Shown here piece after piece: positions 15,287 through 24,165 of a stretch of 25,741 nt of DNA. The stretch is from Candidatus Iainarchaeum sp. (GTDB taxonomy: Archaea; Iainarchaeota; Iainarchaeia; Iainarchaeales; Iainarchaeaceae): contig JBDRLP010000032.1 in the NCBI GenBank assembly GCA_043812975.1, positions 1-25,741 on the forward strand, in the 5' to 3' direction. The stretch's first letter is position 1; every line of letters starts with the position of its first letter. The notes below the pieces were generated by a model. The model was not told the origin of the DNA and did no database searches. It was given only the letters and a program-made list of their open reading frames with translations. The position numbers and the translations under genes were made by a program.

Positions 15287-17149
15287 ATGGATTTTTCAGA
15301 ATTAGCAGGTTATTTTGATAAAATAGAGAATATTAGTTCCCGCCTTGAAATGACTGTTATTCTGGCAGAATTACTGGAAAAAGCCAAAAAAGATGAAATA
15401 AAACAGATTATTTATCTTTCACAGGGGATTCTGGGGCCTAACCACATTGCACTGGAAGCTGGGTTAGGGGAAGGTTTGATTGAACAGGGTCTTGCTAAAG
15501 CTAATGGTTATTCAAAAGATGAAATAAAAAAAAGCTATAGGGAAATCGGAGACCTTGGTCTGGTAGCAGAAAAATATTCTGAAAAAAAGAAACAACAAGC
15601 ATTATTTTCAGAAAAACTTTCAATAAAAAAAGTATTTGAAAATTTTTTAAAAATGTCAAACCTTGAGGGAAAAGGAAGCCAAGAATCAAAACTCAAAATG
15701 TTTGCGGAACTATTAAACAGTGCTTCACCAAAAGAAGCAAAATACATTGCAAGAATCCCCCTTGGAAATTTAAGGCTTGGAGTTGGCGACCCGACAATAA
15801 TGGATTCACTTGCAACTAATTATTTTTCAGAATTTACAAAGGACAAAAAAATAGTGAAAGAAATTGAAGCAGAATTAAAAGAAAAGAAAGCCGGAGGTAC
15901 TCGTAAGAGTGAAGAAAAAAGGAATGACGAATTTGAAAGAAAAGCAAAAGCAAGAATAAGAAAAATGATTGAAACAAGGTATAATATTCATTCTGATCTT
16001 GGAGCAATAGCAGAAAAACTGAAAGAAAAAGGCCTGAAAGGTCTGGATGAACTGCAGATAAAAGCAGGAACTCCAATAAGGCCAACACTTGCTGAAAGGC
16101 TTCCATCAGCCAAAGAGATTGTGGAAAAAATAGGCAAGTGTATTGTTGAAGCAAAATATGATGGTTTCCGATTACAAGTACATAAGAATAAAAAAGAAGT
16201 AACTATTTTTTCAAGACAAAGTGAGAACATGACTGAAATGTTTCCGGATATAGTTGAAGCGGTAAAGAAACAGATTAAGGCAGATGAAGCAATTTTTGAA
16301 GGAGAAGCACTTGCATTTAATGAAGAAACACAGGAATATTTTCCATTCCAGATTACAATTCAAAGAAGAAGAAAATATGATATTGAAAAAAAAGCTATTG
16401 AATTTCCTTTGAAACTTTTTGTATTTGATATTATGTTCCTTAATGGAACAAACTGGATGGAAAAACCATTCATCGAAAGAAGAAAAAAACTTGAAAGCAT
16501 AATTAAAAAAGGAAATTTGATTGAACCGACAAAAAAGATTTTTACTGATGACCCTGAAAAAATAGAAAAATTCTTTTTAGAAAATGTAGAAAGTGGTTTG
16601 GAGGGGATTATTGCAAAAGACCCGACTGCAAAGTATATTGCCGGAGCCAGAAAGTATGCTTGGATTAAACTAAAAAGAAGTTACAAAGGAGAACTGAACG
16701 ATTCTGTTGATGTTACAATAATAGGTTATTTTGAGGGAAAAGGAAAAAGAACCCAGTTCGGTTTAGGAGGGCTTCTTACTGCAGTTTATGATACTGAAAC
16801 AGATTCCTTCAAATCAGTTGCGAAAATAGGAACAGGAATGACTGAGGAAATCCTTAAAGAACTTGAATCTAAGCTTAGTAAAATAAAGGAAAAAAAGAAG
16901 CCTGCAAGAGTAGATTCAGGAGTAGAACCTGATTTTTGGGTAAAACCAAAATATGTGATTGAAGTTGTTGCTGATGAAATAACCAAAAGCCCAACCCATA
17001 CTGCAGGAAAAGATTCAGGCCAGGGTTATGCACTCAGATTTCCAAGAATGATTAAATTCAGGGAAAAGAAACCAGAAGAATCAACCACTGTAAAAGAAAT
17101 TATCCAGATGTATGAAAAACAAGGTAATGTACAGCTAAAAGATGCTTAA
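15287..17149 (+). CDS. lig: ATP-dependent DNA ligase
   Basis: EAKYDGFRLQVH (motif I), IFSRQ, EGEAL, FVFDIM, EGIIAK, WIKLKRSY, ALRFPRM. Confidence 0.97.
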   Translation: MDFSELAGYFDKIENISSRLEMTVILAELLEKAKKDEIKQIIYLSQGILGPNHIALEAGLGEGLIEQGLAKANGYSKDEIKKSYREIGDLGLVAEKYSEKKKQQALFSEKLSIKKVFENFLKMSNLEGKGSQESKLKMFAELLNSASPKEAKYIARIPLGNLRLGVGDPTIMDSLATNYFSEFTKDKKIVKEIEAELKEKKAGGTRKSEEKRNDEFERKAKARIRKMIETRYNIHSDLGAIAEKLKEKGLKGLDELQIKAGTPIRPTLAERLPSAKEIVEKIGKCIVEAKYDGFRLQVHKNKKEVTIFSRQSENMTEMFPDIVEAVKKQIKADEAIFEGEALAFNEETQEYFPFQITIQRRRKYDIEKKAIEFPLKLFVFDIMFLNGTNWMEKPFIERRKKLESIIKKGNLIEPTKKIFTDDPEKIEKFFLENVESGLEGIIAKDPTAKYIAGARKYAWIKLKRSYKGELNDSVDVTIIGYFEGKGKRTQFGLGGLLTAVYDTETDSFKSVAKIGTGMTEEILKELESKLSKIKEKKKPARVDSGVEPDFWVKPKYVIEVVADEITKSPTHTAGKDSGQGYALRFPRMIKFREKKPEESTTVKEIIQMYEKQGNVQLKDA

Positions 17150-17189
17150 ATACACGAAATTATATACTACTTTACCTATTTTTTAAAGC

Positions 17190-17435
17190 ATGGGAAAAGT
17201 AAGTTATTGGATAGAAAAAATTCTTTACTTAAGCATTGGTTTACTGGTTGTTGTACTTTTGCTTGGTTGGTTAAAAATCTGGAGTATGGATCTGAACAAT
17301 TATTTCCTGTTTGTGGGTGACTTTGAAAGCGTTCTGGTTTTGATTGTAATTGTAACAGGAATAACTTTCGTTTTAGAAAAACTCTGGAAATGGGAAATAC
17401 ACCAGATTTTCAAGCCTAAAAGGAGGAGAAGATAA
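17190..17435 (+). CDS. Small two-TM membrane protein
   Basis: Two hydrophobic helices and a basic C-terminus. TAATG overlap with the next gene. Confidence 0.7.
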   Translation: MGKVSYWIEKILYLSIGLLVVVLLLGWLKIWSMDLNNYFLFVGDFESVLVLIVIVTGITFVLEKLWKWEIHQIFKPKRRRR

Positions 17436-18373
17436 TGGTTGAGTTTTCAGTTTTCAAATTAGCAATAGCTTCAATTATTACAATAGCATTGCTGTTAATT
17501 TTAATAAATTTATTTAGTAATTCTCCAGAAGAAACCATTAGAATTTTGAGGGAATCCATTGACCTTGCACAGGCCAATGAAGGAAAATTATTTACAAAAG
17601 ATCTCCTCCTGAACAGAGATTTTGCAGTAAAAGCATCTTTGTTAGATTCACCAAGCAGGAATGCGAGGTTTGAATGCACAAGCGCAGGAACATGCGACCC
17701 TAACAAAATTACTATTGAACCAAGAAAATTAATTGTGAAGAATCAATTTTTAGTGCCTGCTCATTTCAGGTGCAAAAGAAAAGAAATCCTAAGCGATTGT
17801 GTTGTTTATTTTGGCGAAACACCAGCAAATCTTGAAACAGAGATAATTGCTTTGGAAGAAAATGTTAAAACAGGAGAAAATATCAGCATTGCATTTGAAA
17901 CAACAAACAACGGTTCTCTTGATGCAGTTGATAATCATTACAAAATTGAAATTTTTCAAATAAAAATAGATGGTCCTGTTGAAAACCTGATTTTGAAGAG
18001 AGAACTTTTTGGAGAAATTGATTTATTAAATCCAAAAGAATCCAAAATAGTTTCACAAAACTTTACACTTGACCTTGGAGGAAACTATTTAGCAAGGGTT
18101 ACTGCAGAAGGAGAAGATTCCGGAATAGGTCTTGATGAAAAACGGTTTATTACAGAAGGAGGTATTTCTGCTTCATGTATTACAAACGGAATTGGAAAAA
18201 GTTTCCTTGAAGGGGGCTTCTGTAAAACACCATATCTTTGCAGCGATTGTGTATATGGTTATGAGTGCTCTGCAAGATGGAAAGAAGAAGGACTAGAACC
18301 TTCATCAATAGAAGAAGTATTTAGGGATAAGGTTTACGTGAAAACAGACCCTATAATCGGGCAATGCAATTAG
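17435..18373 (+). CDS. Membrane-anchored Cys-rich surface protein with CARDB-like domain (possibly pilin-like N-terminus)
   Basis: N-terminal hydrophobic helix EFSVFKLAIASIITIALLLIL, Ig-like FETTNNGSLDA..LNPKESK motif, paired Cys. Confidence 0.65.
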   Translation: MVEFSVFKLAIASIITIALLLILINLFSNSPEETIRILRESIDLAQANEGKLFTKDLLLNRDFAVKASLLDSPSRNARFECTSAGTCDPNKITIEPRKLIVKNQFLVPAHFRCKRKEILSDCVVYFGETPANLETEIIALEENVKTGENISIAFETTNNGSLDAVDNHYKIEIFQIKIDGPVENLILKRELFGEIDLLNPKESKIVSQNFTLDLGGNYLARVTAEGEDSGIGLDEKRFITEGGISASCITNGIGKSFLEGGFCKTPYLCSDCVYGYECSARWKEEGLEPSSIEEVFRDKVYVKTDPIIGQCN

Positions 18374-18380
18374 AAAATTG

Positions 18381-19064
18381 TTACTTATCAACTAACTCTG
18401 CTTTAATAATTTCTAAATGACCAGTCATTTCATTTTGCATTACTTTTTTTGTTTCAACCAATTTTAACTTTTTTTTAAAAATCGGGCCGTCAACAACAAG
18501 ACTTTCATATTCTCCGCCTTCTCCTGCAACATGAAAACCTATTTTTTTATTAAGCTCCAAAAATTTATCGAAAACTTCATCATCAATTTTTTCCCCAAGG
18601 AACTCTTTACTCAAACCCTGAGAAGCAATTCCAGTTATTATAACTTCAAAACCTGCGTCAAGAATTTCCCGCAAATATTCAGCTTGATTTTTGTGCCAAT
18701 GAGGGGCAAAACAATCCAAACCTAAAGAATCACAAATTCTTTTCACTCTATCATACTGGTATTGTGAGAACAATGCTCCTGCACCTATTCCGGTAAGATT
18801 GTATTTTTCTTTTGCTTTCTTGATTGCAATTTCAAGATCCTCAAGTTCTTTTTCTTTTTCACCCTTAGTGCTATGAATAAGTAATGGCAAACCTAAAGCT
18901 TCTGCCTGCAATTCAACCATGTTTATTGCCGGGGTGTGAAACATCCAACTAGCCTTGTTTTCAGACTTCATTGTAATTAGACAGCCAATATTTTCATCTT
19001 TAGACATATAGTGGAAAAGCGTGAAAACCGAGTCCTTGCCGCCTGAAAACAATACTCCAATCAT
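18381..19064 (-). CDS. Diphthine--ammonia ligase (Dph6/MJ0570 family)
   Basis: GVLFSGGKDS PP-loop, SWMFHTP, GALFSQYQ, AGEGGEYESLVVDGPIF. Start at ATG 19064. Confidence 0.9.
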   Translation of the reverse strand: MIGVLFSGGKDSVFTLFHYMSKDENIGCLITMKSENKASWMFHTPAINMVELQAEALGLPLLIHSTKGEKEKELEDLEIAIKKAKEKYNLTGIGAGALFSQYQYDRVKRICDSLGLDCFAPHWHKNQAEYLREILDAGFEVIITGIASQGLSKEFLGEKIDDEVFDKFLELNKKIGFHVAGEGGEYESLVVDGPIFKKKLKLVETKKVMQNEMTGHLEIIKAELVDK

Positions 19065-19182
19065 AAAAAATATGCTGTGGATAAGGGTTATAAAATAAAA
19101 TGCCAAAATTCAGGGAACAAAAACATATTTAATTGTTTAACACTTATTCTATTAAATTAAACTTATTTGGGGGTTTTTGGAA

Positions 19183-20067
19183 ATGGGTTATGAAAAAGAT
19201 TTACTGATTTTACCTTTTGATCATAGAGGTTCGCTTTTGAAAAAATTATTTGGAATTGAAGGACGAGACCCTACTCCTGAAGAAACAGAAAAATATTCTG
19301 ATTTAAAATATATGATTTATGAAGGTTTTCTGAAAAGTCTTGAAATGGGCGTGCCAAAAGACAAGGCTGCTATTTTGATTGATGCTCAGTTTGGAATGAA
19401 AATTATTGAAGATGCAAAAAGCAAAGGCATAATGGTTGCAATGCCGACAGAAAAATCCGGCCAGAAAGAATTTGATTTTGATGAACCGGATTTTAAAGCA
19501 CACATTCAGAGAGTTGACCCTACTTTTGTAAAAGTTCTTGTGAGAATGAATCCTGAAGACGAGGAAGAATTAAACAAAAGACAACTCGGAAGATTAAAAC
19601 AAATTAGCGAATACTGCAAAGAAATTGGGAAAAAATTTATTTTTGAATTATTGGTTCCTGCAACTGAAGAACAAGCAGGGGATAATTATGATTTGGATAT
19701 AAGGCCAAAATTAATGGTTCAGGTAATAAAAGAAATCCAGAATTTTGGTGTTGAGCCTGATGTCTGGAAACTTGAAGGTGTTTCAAAACCAGAGGATTCA
19801 GCTGCACTGGTTGAACAATGCCAGGCTGACGGCAGAACAGCAGGAATAATTACTCTTGGAAGAGGAGAGAATGCTGAAAAAGTAAAAGAATGGTTAAAAG
19901 TAGGGGCTAAAAGCAAAGGTATAATTGGTTTTGCAGTAGGAAGAACTGTTTTCTGGGAACCAATGAAAGCATTGAATGATGGAAGCATTTCAAGAGAAGA
20001 AGCAATCGAACAGGTAAAAAATAATTACAAAAGTTTGGTTGATTTGTGGAATAGTGAAAGGGTTTAA
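19183..20067 (+). CDS. DUF2090/LacD-like class I aldolase-fold protein
   Basis: ILPFDHRGSL, FVKVLVR, FELLV, PDVWKLEG (putative Schiff-base Lys), LGRG, GFAVGRTVF. Confidence 0.8.
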   Translation: MGYEKDLLILPFDHRGSLLKKLFGIEGRDPTPEETEKYSDLKYMIYEGFLKSLEMGVPKDKAAILIDAQFGMKIIEDAKSKGIMVAMPTEKSGQKEFDFDEPDFKAHIQRVDPTFVKVLVRMNPEDEEELNKRQLGRLKQISEYCKEIGKKFIFELLVPATEEQAGDNYDLDIRPKLMVQVIKEIQNFGVEPDVWKLEGVSKPEDSAALVEQCQADGRTAGIITLGRGENAEKVKEWLKVGAKSKGIIGFAVGRTVFWEPMKALNDGSISREEAIEQVKNNYKSLVDLWNSERV

Positions 20068-20387
20068 GCTCTTTCTTCCCGATTTTTTAATTTTGCTAAA
20101 AAAAATCAAATTTTAAGTACCTTGTTTTTTGCCCAATGGATCCCGGATAGATTATAAAAATCCCTTTCAAGATGTCTTACTTTTCCCATTTTCCTATTTA
20201 AGGACAAATTCTCTTTTTCAATTAATCTGAGTTTTGATTTCAGATTCAAATAAGCTTGCTTTCTACAAAAACCAGTTCAAACTCCTTTGGAGAAACGCAC
20301 GAAAATAAAAAAAGAAACTGATAAGGCAATAAAAAGCATTTTAGAAATAGAATACTCAGTAGAAGGATTTAATAAACACTAAAAAAA

Positions 20388-20606
20388 CTAGTTCTTGGCA
20401 GCCACGAGCAGATTTTTCACGTTCACCTGTGAAAATGATTCTTTTGGGATTCTTTTGCTCGCGTCAAGTAGTTCTATTCCTAGGAGATTGCCTTTTTTGT
20501 CCAAATCAATGACTGTGAAATCATCTACTTTTTTGTTCATGTGAAAGTCCCCTTTCCTGAACTCTATGTACATGGCATCTGCTTCTTTGTCGTAACTAAT
20601 ATCCAT
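20388..20606 (-). CDS. DUF2283 family protein (putative antitoxin)
   Basis: ISYDKEADAMYIEF, IDLDKKGNLLGIELLDAS. Confidence 0.88.
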   Translation of the reverse strand: MDISYDKEADAMYIEFRKGDFHMNKKVDDFTVIDLDKKGNLLGIELLDASKRIPKESFSQVNVKNLLVAAKN

Positions 20607-20607
20607 A

Positions 20608-20820
20608 TTAAAACCAATATACCGTTATTACTTTTAAATGTTTCTGAGTATTTTCTGCAACAACCTCAATTTTTCCCCTTCCAAACGCCTTTTGAAAGTA
20701 GTGTTTGCCGCCCTTTTTCTGTGTTGAATCAGGATTTTCTATCGCACCAATTATCTCCTCCTTAAGAATCCCCCTTTTTCTGAGCCTGAACTCAGCATGG
20801 CTTGTAAAAACTATTTTCAT
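20608..20820 (-). CDS. DUF4258 family protein (putative RelE-like toxin)
   Basis: FTSHAEFRLRKRGI..I..P, C-terminal VITVY. Directly upstream of DUF2283. Confidence 0.85.
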   Translation of the reverse strand: MKIVFTSHAEFRLRKRGILKEEIIGAIENPDSTQKKGGKHYFQKAFGRGKIEVVAENTQKHLKVITVYWF

Positions 20821-20827
20821 AAGATTT

Positions 20828-21724
20828 TCACTTCAAATATTTTTCAGCCAATTGAATTTCTTTTTTCCCGCCAATATAAAGCGGAGTTCTTTGTGAAAGG
20901 GAAGTTGGTTTTATTTCGTGCAGAGAATGTTTTCCATTAGAACTAAAACCGCCTGCTTCTTTTGCAAGCAAAGCCATTGGGTTTCCTTCAAAAATTAATC
21001 TTAATTTCCCTTCAGACTTGTTTTTCAAACCAGGATAGCAGAACATTCCGCCATAATTTAAAATCTGATTAAAATCAGGAACAAAACCGCCTGAAAATCT
21101 TAACTTGTAACCTTGTTTTTCCAAATCAGAAATAAACTTCGAATGTTTTGGAGTCCAGTCTTTTCTCAATCCCCCTGAACCGTAAATTTTTCCATCCTGA
21201 GGAATAAGAATGTTTTCTCTTCTAAGCTCAAACTTGTTTCTTTTGTTCAGAACAAACTCGTGAACTCCATTTTTTGCAGTGTAAATCAAACTGGTTAATG
21301 GACCGTAAAGAATGTACATTGCTCCGTCCATTCGGGAACCTTTTTCCATTACATTTCCTTCATTAAAAAAACCAGCAATAGTGCCGACAGCAAGATTTGT
21401 TTTTATAAGAGAGCTTCCATCAAGAGGATCAAGAGTAACACCATACTCTCCTTTTGCCTTAATAATTTCAACAATCTCATCCTGTTCCTCAGAAGCAACA
21501 GTTCTAACCACTCTTGATCTTTCCATGGCTTTCAAAAACACCTGGTCAGCATACTTATCAAGCTCCATCTGCTGTTCTCCGTGAATATTATGGGTTTTAG
21601 AAAAATCAGAATGCGTCAAAAATGCTTTTTGGACTAATTTGCTCTTTTCGGCAATAGCAACCATTATCTTGGCCATATCCCTATCAACAGCCTCTTTTCT
21701 CAGATGATCTTTAAAAAACAACAA
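20828..21724 (-). CDS. fbp: Fructose-1,6-bisphosphatase class I
   Basis: NIHGEQQMELD, ASEEQD, DPLDGSS, YGP, LRFSGGFVPD, GKLRLIFEGNPMA, QRTPLYIG. Confidence 0.93.
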   Translation of the reverse strand: MLFFKDHLRKEAVDRDMAKIMVAIAEKSKLVQKAFLTHSDFSKTHNIHGEQQMELDKYADQVFLKAMERSRVVRTVASEEQDEIVEIIKAKGEYGVTLDPLDGSSLIKTNLAVGTIAGFFNEGNVMEKGSRMDGAMYILYGPLTSLIYTAKNGVHEFVLNKRNKFELRRENILIPQDGKIYGSGGLRKDWTPKHSKFISDLEKQGYKLRFSGGFVPDFNQILNYGGMFCYPGLKNKSEGKLRLIFEGNPMALLAKEAGGFSSNGKHSLHEIKPTSLSQRTPLYIGGKKEIQLAEKYLK

Positions 21725-21749
21725 AACACCTATTAATTAGGAATTAGAA

Positions 21750-22820
21750 ATGAATAAAAAAAGAGCTTTGATAGAATTTAACGTGAAGAACAAAAAACCT
21801 AAAATATTAGTCATTGGAACCGGAGGTACAATGAGTGCAAAACCTTACAAAGGCACCTTTAAGTACGGAGAATCTACTCAGGAAGACCTCATAAATATGA
21901 TACCGGAGTTAAGGGAAAACTTCGATATAGACACTACTAACCTTTTCAGAATGGATAGTTCTGATATGAAACCCGAGCATTGGCTGACCTTGGCAAATAC
22001 TATTTATTACAAAATGAAAGATTATGATGGAATTGTTGTCACAATGGGAACAGACACCATGCACTATGCGGATACTGCAATCGCATTCCTGATTCAAAAC
22101 AACAATATCCCGATTGTTTTTACAAGCTCTGTAATTGACCCTACTCAGATTAATACTGATGCAAAAAGAAACATAAAAAATGCTATTTATGTTGCAGCTA
22201 CTGCAGACATCGCAGAAACAGTTGTTGTTTTTAACGGGAACATTCTAAGAGCAACACGAACAAAAAAAGTAAATGCTTCTGAGTTTGATTCTTTTATGGG
22301 TTCAAGCAAAATACCCCTAGGGAGAATAGAACATTTAATAAAATTCAACAAAGAACATAAAAAAAGATCAAATAAAAAACCAAAATTATACACTAAACTA
22401 GAAACAAAAATAGGAATGATAAGAGTTTATCCTGGTTATGATGGTGAAAGAATAAAAAGAAGTATTGATTATGGTTTGAAAGGAATTATTTTGGAGGGTT
22501 TTGGATTAGGAAACCTTCCTTTAATGGATAATTCTATGAAAGAAGCAATAAACTATGCAAACAAAAAAAATGTGCCGATAATAATTACAAGTGACTGTTT
22601 TTTAGGAAGGGATTGGAGAGAACTTTACAAAGCAGACATAGGTGAAAGATTAAAAGGACTGAAAATTATTCCTGTTTACGATATGCTGACAGAAACTGCA
22701 TATGTAAAATTGATGTGGGTATTAGCTCAAACACAGGAATTTTCAGAAGTGAAAAAAATGATGCAAAAAAGATACGCAGGCGAAATATCAGACGACATAA
22801 CCATAAAAACAGTGATTTAA
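21750..22820 (+). CDS. Type I L-asparaginase-like protein (GatD paralog lacking the N-terminal domain)
   Basis: IGTGGTM, MDSSDM, TMGTDTM, PIVFT, GIILEGFGLGN, DMLTETAYVKLMWVL. Real start may be the in-frame GTG at 21783. Confidence 0.85.
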   Translation: MNKKRALIEFNVKNKKPKILVIGTGGTMSAKPYKGTFKYGESTQEDLINMIPELRENFDIDTTNLFRMDSSDMKPEHWLTLANTIYYKMKDYDGIVVTMGTDTMHYADTAIAFLIQNNNIPIVFTSSVIDPTQINTDAKRNIKNAIYVAATADIAETVVVFNGNILRATRTKKVNASEFDSFMGSSKIPLGRIEHLIKFNKEHKKRSNKKPKLYTKLETKIGMIRVYPGYDGERIKRSIDYGLKGIILEGFGLGNLPLMDNSMKEAINYANKKNVPIIITSDCFLGRDWRELYKADIGERLKGLKIIPVYDMLTETAYVKLMWVLAQTQEFSEVKKMMQKRYAGEISDDITIKTVI

Positions 22821-22821
22821 T

Positions 22822-24159
22822 TTGGATTGGAAAACATTTCTCAAAAAAAACAAGCTGGAAGAAGGACAACTTGTAAAAGTAACTGATGGAAAACAAGAAC
22901 AAATTGGAAACATTATACCAAGTTCTGGAAACGATAAGGAAATCCTTAGATTAAAGTTAAACTCAGGTTACAATATCGGAATTAAGATTTCTGACAAATT
23001 AAAAGTAGAAAAACTTGAAGGAAGTAAAAAAGTCAGCAAAGGAAAAAAAACAATAGTAAAACAAAAACCCGGTTTGCCAAAAATAGCTATTCTTCACACC
23101 GGAGGCACAATTGCTTCTCGCGTTGATTACAGAACAGGAGCTGTTTATTCTTCCTTTGATCCGGATGATTTACTAGCAATGTTTCCTGAACTTTTGGATA
23201 TTGCAAACTTTTCCTCAAAACTAATTTCAAATATGTGGAGTGATGATCTTAGATTCACGCATTTTGAAGCAATTGGAAAAGCAGTTGAAAAAGCTTACAA
23301 GGCTGGAGCTGAAGGAATTATTCTTGGAATGGGAACTGATAATATGGCAGTTGCTTCCGCGGCAATGGCTTTTGTACTTGAAAAATGCCCGATTCCGGTT
23401 ATTTTTGTAGGAGCTCAAAGGAGCTCAGATAGAGGTTCTAGTGATGCTGCTATGAACCTTATTTGTGCAGCAGAATTCATTGCAAAAACAGATTTTGCAG
23501 GAGTTGCTTTGTGCATGCACTATGATTCAAGTGATGATAAGTGTGTTATTCTTCCAGCCTGCAAAACAAGGAAATTGCACTCTTCCAGAAGGGATGCTTT
23601 CAGGGCAGTGAATGATACTCCTATTGCACTTGTTGATTATAAGAGTAAGAAAATTGAGTTTTTGAAAAAGGATTATGAGAGAAAAAGCAAGGAAAAAATG
23701 GTTGTGAAACCAAAGTTTGAGGATAAAACAGGATTGCTTAAAATTCATATTAATATGTTTCCTGAACAGTTTGAGTTTTACACAAAAAATAAGTATAAAG
23801 GTTTAGTTATTGAGGGGACTGGTTTGGGTCACACCCCGGGACATAACCCTGATGGAAAATTAAAGCTTCATGAAAAGTTTTTTCCTGCAATAAAAAAGCT
23901 TGTTGATTCGGGGTGTGTTGTTGTAATGACAACCCAAACTATTTTCGGAAGGGTTCACATGCATGTTTATGATAAGGCAACTGATTTAGTTGCACAGGGA
24001 GTAATTCCCGGAGAAGACATGCTTCCAAACACTGCTTTTGTAAAACTCGCGTGGCTTCTTGGAAATTATAAAACGGAGCAAGTGAAAGAGCTGATTGGAA
24101 AAAACCTGAGGGGCGAAATCAGCGAGGCTACTCCTTATGAGGAAGAGTTTTTGGAGTGA
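22822..24159 (+). CDS. gatD: Glutamyl-tRNA(Gln) amidotransferase subunit D
   Basis: N-terminal LKLNSGYNIG domain, TGGTIASRVDYRTGAV, GAQRSSDRGSSD, RKLHSSRRDAF, GTGLGH, NLRGEI. Confidence 0.95.
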   Translation: MDWKTFLKKNKLEEGQLVKVTDGKQEQIGNIIPSSGNDKEILRLKLNSGYNIGIKISDKLKVEKLEGSKKVSKGKKTIVKQKPGLPKIAILHTGGTIASRVDYRTGAVYSSFDPDDLLAMFPELLDIANFSSKLISNMWSDDLRFTHFEAIGKAVEKAYKAGAEGIILGMGTDNMAVASAAMAFVLEKCPIPVIFVGAQRSSDRGSSDAAMNLICAAEFIAKTDFAGVALCMHYDSSDDKCVILPACKTRKLHSSRRDAFRAVNDTPIALVDYKSKKIEFLKKDYERKSKEKMVVKPKFEDKTGLLKIHINMFPEQFEFYTKNKYKGLVIEGTGLGHTPGHNPDGKLKLHEKFFPAIKKLVDSGCVVVMTTQTIFGRVHMHVYDKATDLVAQGVIPGEDMLPNTAFVKLAWLLGNYKTEQVKELIGKNLRGEISEATPYEEEFLE

Positions 24160-24165
24160 CTATGC

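Noticed and set aside
20277..20279. In-frame TGA as selenocysteine or genetic-code reassignment
   Set aside because: TGA is used as a normal stop by clear genes here (proS, gatD, fbp), and there is no selenoprotein motif or visible SECIS.
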